Source: Basidiobolus meristosporus CBS 931.73
Lineage: Eukaryota; Fungi; Basidiobolomycota
Reading direction: 5' to 3'
Assembly (NCBI GenBank): GCA_002104905.1
Contig: MCFE01000439.1
Span: 1 to 64,000, forward strand
Length of the DNA: 64,000 nt
The notes below the pieces were generated by a model. That model was not told the DNA's origin. It worked only from the letters and a program-made list of their open reading frames with translations, and ran no database searches. The position numbers were made by a program, and so were the translations under genes. This document shows positions 59,875 to 64,000 of this stretch, piece by piece (within the stretch, counting starts at the first letter, position 1; each line of letters opens with the position of its first letter).

Positions 59875-61087
59875 TTAGGCCCAGATCTAAGCGGAGAGGG
59901 GTTAGTATGGTCGGTCACAGAAACCGCCACGAATGTCTCAACATTACCTTGAGTAAACTGTCCCAACTGCCTGTACACAAAGCCATGCCATCAGCGGAAA
60001 CACCAAGGCAGCTGACCCGGTTCTCGTGGGCAGCCAACACACCCACTCGGTCGCCTCTCATTGTGTCCCACACATTGCAGTTGAAATCGTCATATCCTGC
60101 GAAGAGCAATCTACCAGAGGCCGAGAAAGCCACCGACGTGATTCCACATAGGATGTTATCATGTGCATACTGGCTCAATTCGCGATCGGCTCGTAGGTCA
60201 AACAGCCTACATGTCGTGTCGTCCGAACCAGTGCCGAACGCATCGCCGTTGGGGAAGAACTGGACGGCATTGATGTCTGACTCGTGACCGGTGAATGTCT
60301 GGACGCATTTGCCAGTCCGAATATCCCAGACTTTGGCTGTCGCATCGCATGCTCCGGAAACAAATATGTTCTTCTCTGGGGCAAGCGACAAACTAGAGTG
60401 CACGTTGTTGTGTGAGCCTCCGACAAACCGGTCCCAGAACTTAGCCAAAGCTTACCTCATAACGTCCCCACTATGATCCACAAACTCCATTAGCTTCACT
60501 CCAGCATCAATGTCCCAAAGCATGCACGACATATCTCCAGAGCTGGTTAGGATTTGTCGATCGCTCAAAAATCTACAGCAGGAGAGGTAGCCGGTGTGTG
60601 CACTTAGCTCCCGTGCCACTTTGACCGAGCCCTCCTTGGTTTTCAAGTTATATATGGAACATATGTTATCCAACCCGCCACAAGCAACAAAATTCCCGGT
60701 CGGTGCGTATGCGCAAGTCATGACCCAGGAAGAGCGCAAGGGGATCGCGTGAACTTTGTTGGTCGTGTATGCGTCCCAGACGATGAGTTTGCCGTCCTGA
60801 GAAGCCGAAACTAGGTGACGTTCATCGTTTGCCCAATGCATGGCATAAATCTTGGCCAGGTGGCCTTTAAGGGTACGTCGAACCTTCATGACAATTCTAG
60901 GGAGTGGTTCCAGCTCGGCTGCAATGGCTTTTACTAAAACACAAAGTATGAGAAGAGTGCCGAGTAAAGCTTACGAATGCGGCTTACGTGAAGTATCAGC
61001 CAGGCTGTCCTTCTTTTGTTTGATCTTTTCTTTGAGCTGTTCAGCTTCTCTTCTAGCAATAGTTATCCTTTCTGCTATATCCCCCAT
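59875..61087 (-). CDS. GPB1: Heterotrimeric G protein beta subunit, 4 exons
   Basis: [81 protein letters not shown]. Confidence 0.97.
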
Positions 61088-61482
61088 GTTTAAACCAATT
61101 TCAGTGGAAAGAGACTAGGCGGAAGGGCAGTCTGTGTGACGTGAAGGACGGAGCAAGGAATGGTATCGAATGTGAGGAAACTCTGATATTTAGGCTACAC
61201 CAAGCATTATATACGGGATATGGCAGAATAGGGGCTAATCGAGCAGGCCATAAACAGAAGAAATATGGAGATTTATGGGAATTAAGGGGATAGGCCGCGC
61301 GCAAGTGACTTGCGAATAAAGGAGCCACATATGCGCACTTAAACTAGTGGAAGGTTTAAGGGACAAACCAGAAAATTGTTTGTGACCCATGACTTGTATA
61401 GACATCCCCCACCCTGAACGCAAATGGAATAATGCACGAAGCTAACTTTATTATAATGAAACGTGGGTCTACATCGACATGT

Positions 61483-62376
61483 TTAGATATCAGTGAAGAC
61501 TTGGGGTTCCTTGAACTCCTTGGCGATCTTGGCGCCGGAGTCCTCGGAAGCGTCACCGTGGAGTTCCATCAACTTGCCAACGTCGAACTTGGGGGCCTTG
61601 AGGATCTTGACCTTGTGGAGGTAGACGTTTTGAAGGGGATAGATACCTTGGCAAGCCTTCTCAATCTCACGACCGATGACCTCGGGAATGAACTTTTGGA
61701 CCAAAGACTTGAGGTCGCAGGTGGAAGCTTCACGGGTCATGATCTCGAACATCTTCTTGCGAATCTGACGGATTTGGGCGGATTGAGCATAGGTGGTCTT
61801 CTTAAGTTGGTTGGGTCTTCTACGGGTGAAGCCAATGGAGAAGAGACGAAGGAGGTAACCGTCGGTGGTTTTAACATCGACATGGGCCTCGATGAGAGAT
61901 TGCCACTTCTTGACAAGGGATCTCAATTTGTCAGAGGTGAAGGTCATACCGTGGAAGTTGGTAAGGCAGTTCTTGCCTTGGACCTCATCGACTCTGAGAC
62001 GAATCTTACGGAAAGATTGGTCTTCGTCCTTGTTCAAGTCAGCAAGGGAGACCTCAAGAACGCGACCCTTCAAGTAGTCGACAGCGTTCTTCAAACCTTG
62101 AGTACGGTTAACGAGGGTCTTACCAACATTACGAACTTCGAAGAGGGAAGGAGCCTTGATATCGTACCAGTCCTTACGAGTGAAGGGGTCGACGCTAGAG
62201 AGAAAGTTAGTTGCTTGAATGGATGGATAGATCGATGTTGCAGATGAGATAATTACATCTTCTTCTTCAATCCCTTCTTTCCCTTAGAGAGGCGCCTATA
62301 GAAACACACTAGGTTGAGTAAATGAAACAACAATCCGTTAACGATAAGGGCTTTACTTGTTCTTTCCAACGGCCAT
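61483..62376 (-). CDS. RPS1: 40S ribosomal protein eS1 (S3a), 3 exons
   Basis: [74 protein letters not shown]. Confidence 0.98.
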
Positions 62377-62554
62377 CTTGAACTAGTCTGCACGTAAACT
62401 GTGGGCAAACGCAAAAGGGTTTGTTCCATCTGCAAAGGCGCATCTATTAAAAGGGCCAGGGTGAATCCCCCAATTCCACTGCTTATTTTTTTTTCGCTTC
62501 GAACTCGGATGATTTAGGGGATGATTTCGGGCTGGATTTCGACACTGGTCATTA

Positions 62555-62731
62555 GGAATAGGGCGATTTAGGAGTTTAGGAGTTTCCTCAAATCCTTGAT
62601 TAAACATAATCATTGCTAAATCATGTTATGTATTCCTAATCATCGGAATAGGGCGATTTAGGAGTTTAGGAGTTTCCTCAAATCTTTGATTAAACATAAT
62701 CATTGCTAAATCATGTTATGTATTCCTAATC
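62555..62731. repeat. 90-bp tandem duplication upstream of eS1
   Basis: ggaatagggcgatttaggagtttaggagtttcctcaaatc(c/t)ttgattaaacataatcattgctaaatcatgttatgtattcctaatc starts at 62555 and again at 62645. Confidence 0.92.
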
Positions 62732-64000
62732 GTTGACAAATTATATAACAACCCCCAACCACAAAGAGAGCGGATTCACGACCAGCACAAAATACGCGTT
62801 CCATCATTTTGTCATGTACCTTAGCTTCACTATGTTAATTCCGAAGAAATTGTATACATATATATATACTATATTATTGAATAGTAAATAAATAAATAAG
62901 AACTAAGGGTATGCAAGAATATTTGGTGTATGAGCACATACTGCACAACATGACTTCGAAGTATGAATATATGGGCCAATCCACGATACTTCACACCAGA
63001 AAGTACGTATATTTCCGGAGATCCCCCTGAATGCCACACAAATTGCATCTCGCTAACCCTAATCGTTGATAATGCATAACAATGGAATGCCTAGATTTTC
63101 CGATGATATCATATCATTCCGAGAGTCCCCGCCTGTGAGCAGGTAGTGAAAGTGTTCACCTCCACTTCATATTCTTCAGATGGGGGTTGTGGGTTTAGGA
63201 CACATACATATTTAACTTCATTGCGATGACTTCCAGAATATTTAGATATATATATATTGGGGGTTGAACATCACTCCTGTCAATCATACCACCAAATAGC
63301 TATTCATTGAACATGAACACCCTCCCAAAGCTTCCCACATCTAGGTTTCACTCTCTACAGCCCGAGCAATGCCATCAAGTGCTCGCCATATACACCTTCA
63401 GTCCTTCGGGAATGACTAGAAATGTATTGCGGCCCCTAAGTCCTGAAAGATGCCCGAAGAGCTTCTAAACATTATCCATCTCAAGCCTATATGAAAGGAT
63501 TCCAGCTCTCGTCAACTCTCTTCAGATGAGCTGGAGAAGTGGGACATTGTTACCAATAGTGACAGGCTCGCAATGTTTGGATAACCCAAAGTGGCTTTGA
63601 CAGTAGTTAAGTCACTATGTATTCCAACCGGCCTGTTCTTTCGAAAAAAGTATATGCACAGGGCAGTGGTGTATATCGCTATTCTACCTTTTGGGTGAGC
63701 GCTTCTCATATGCATACACAGGCTCTAGGGGCAGTTTTTGCAGTCCCTAGAATGGCTGGTGGTAAGGTGCTTTTTATATTTTATTTACTGAGCAGGTGCT
63801 GATGTTTCCACAGCGGTGATCCGCCACTTACGCAACCTTCAAAAGATGGAACATGACGGAGGTAGGCCCGTGTTGTGAATCCGCCAGATCAACATTTGTA
63901 TTGAGTTGGCCCATATAGGTTGGATTACTCATTTATTACATGAAGCCGAGAATGGGGTTACATCAGCTATATCGTAGCATTCGACTCATCCAAATTTTGA

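Noticed and set aside
61432-62247. Long antisense ORFs over eS1 (also 29237-29692, 34437-35120 and 47975-48565)
   Set aside because: Strong codon bias in highly expressed genes removes stops from the opposite strand, and the products have no recognisable features.
63000-64000. Short ORFs at the right end (also 3800-4600, 12150-13200 and 15000-15860)
   Set aside because: No recognisable motifs, no consistent splice chain, and frequent stops; left unannotated.

Overview
Gene-dense, intron-rich eukaryotic DNA: most introns are 50-80 nt GT-AG with CTAAC-type branch sites. It is most consistent with an early-diverging fungus (Zoopagomycota or Mucoromycota type; Basidiobolus-like is my guess, not shown by the sequence). 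The left part (about 1-29 kb) mixes housekeeping genes (MIC60, ICMT/STE14, MIX14, NIPA Mg transporter, FIS1, RSL1D1, PIF1, RER1) with accessory material. That material comprises four secreted RlpA-like DPBB genes that are mosaics of one another, two CAP/SCP genes forming 1.3-kb inverted arms, three tRNA-Thr(CGT) genes, a diverged inverted pair of membrane-protein fragments, a selenoprotein S-like gene without Sec, an eEF2 pseudogene, and an intronless secreted protein built from four trefoil (TFF/P-type)-like repeats. The right part (about 29-62.4 kb) is an almost uninterrupted run of gene-expression genes (eL28, eIF2B-beta, CAF1, eL20, RBM26/27, SF3B3, CPSF2, MED7, eIF5A, TRM8, FCP1, SPT6, eS1) plus TIM8 and G-beta. 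The strongest leads are the four-trefoil secreted protein with a coherent loss of the C1-C5 disulfide, an H/ACA snoRNA-like structure in the eL28 intron, long self-folding introns in the CAP genes, and the repeated palindromic organisation of secreted-protein genes. Several single-base indels in short homopolymers break otherwise intact genes and suggest uncorrected assembly errors. Gene models were assembled by hand, so boundaries may be off by a few bases. No database searches were run.
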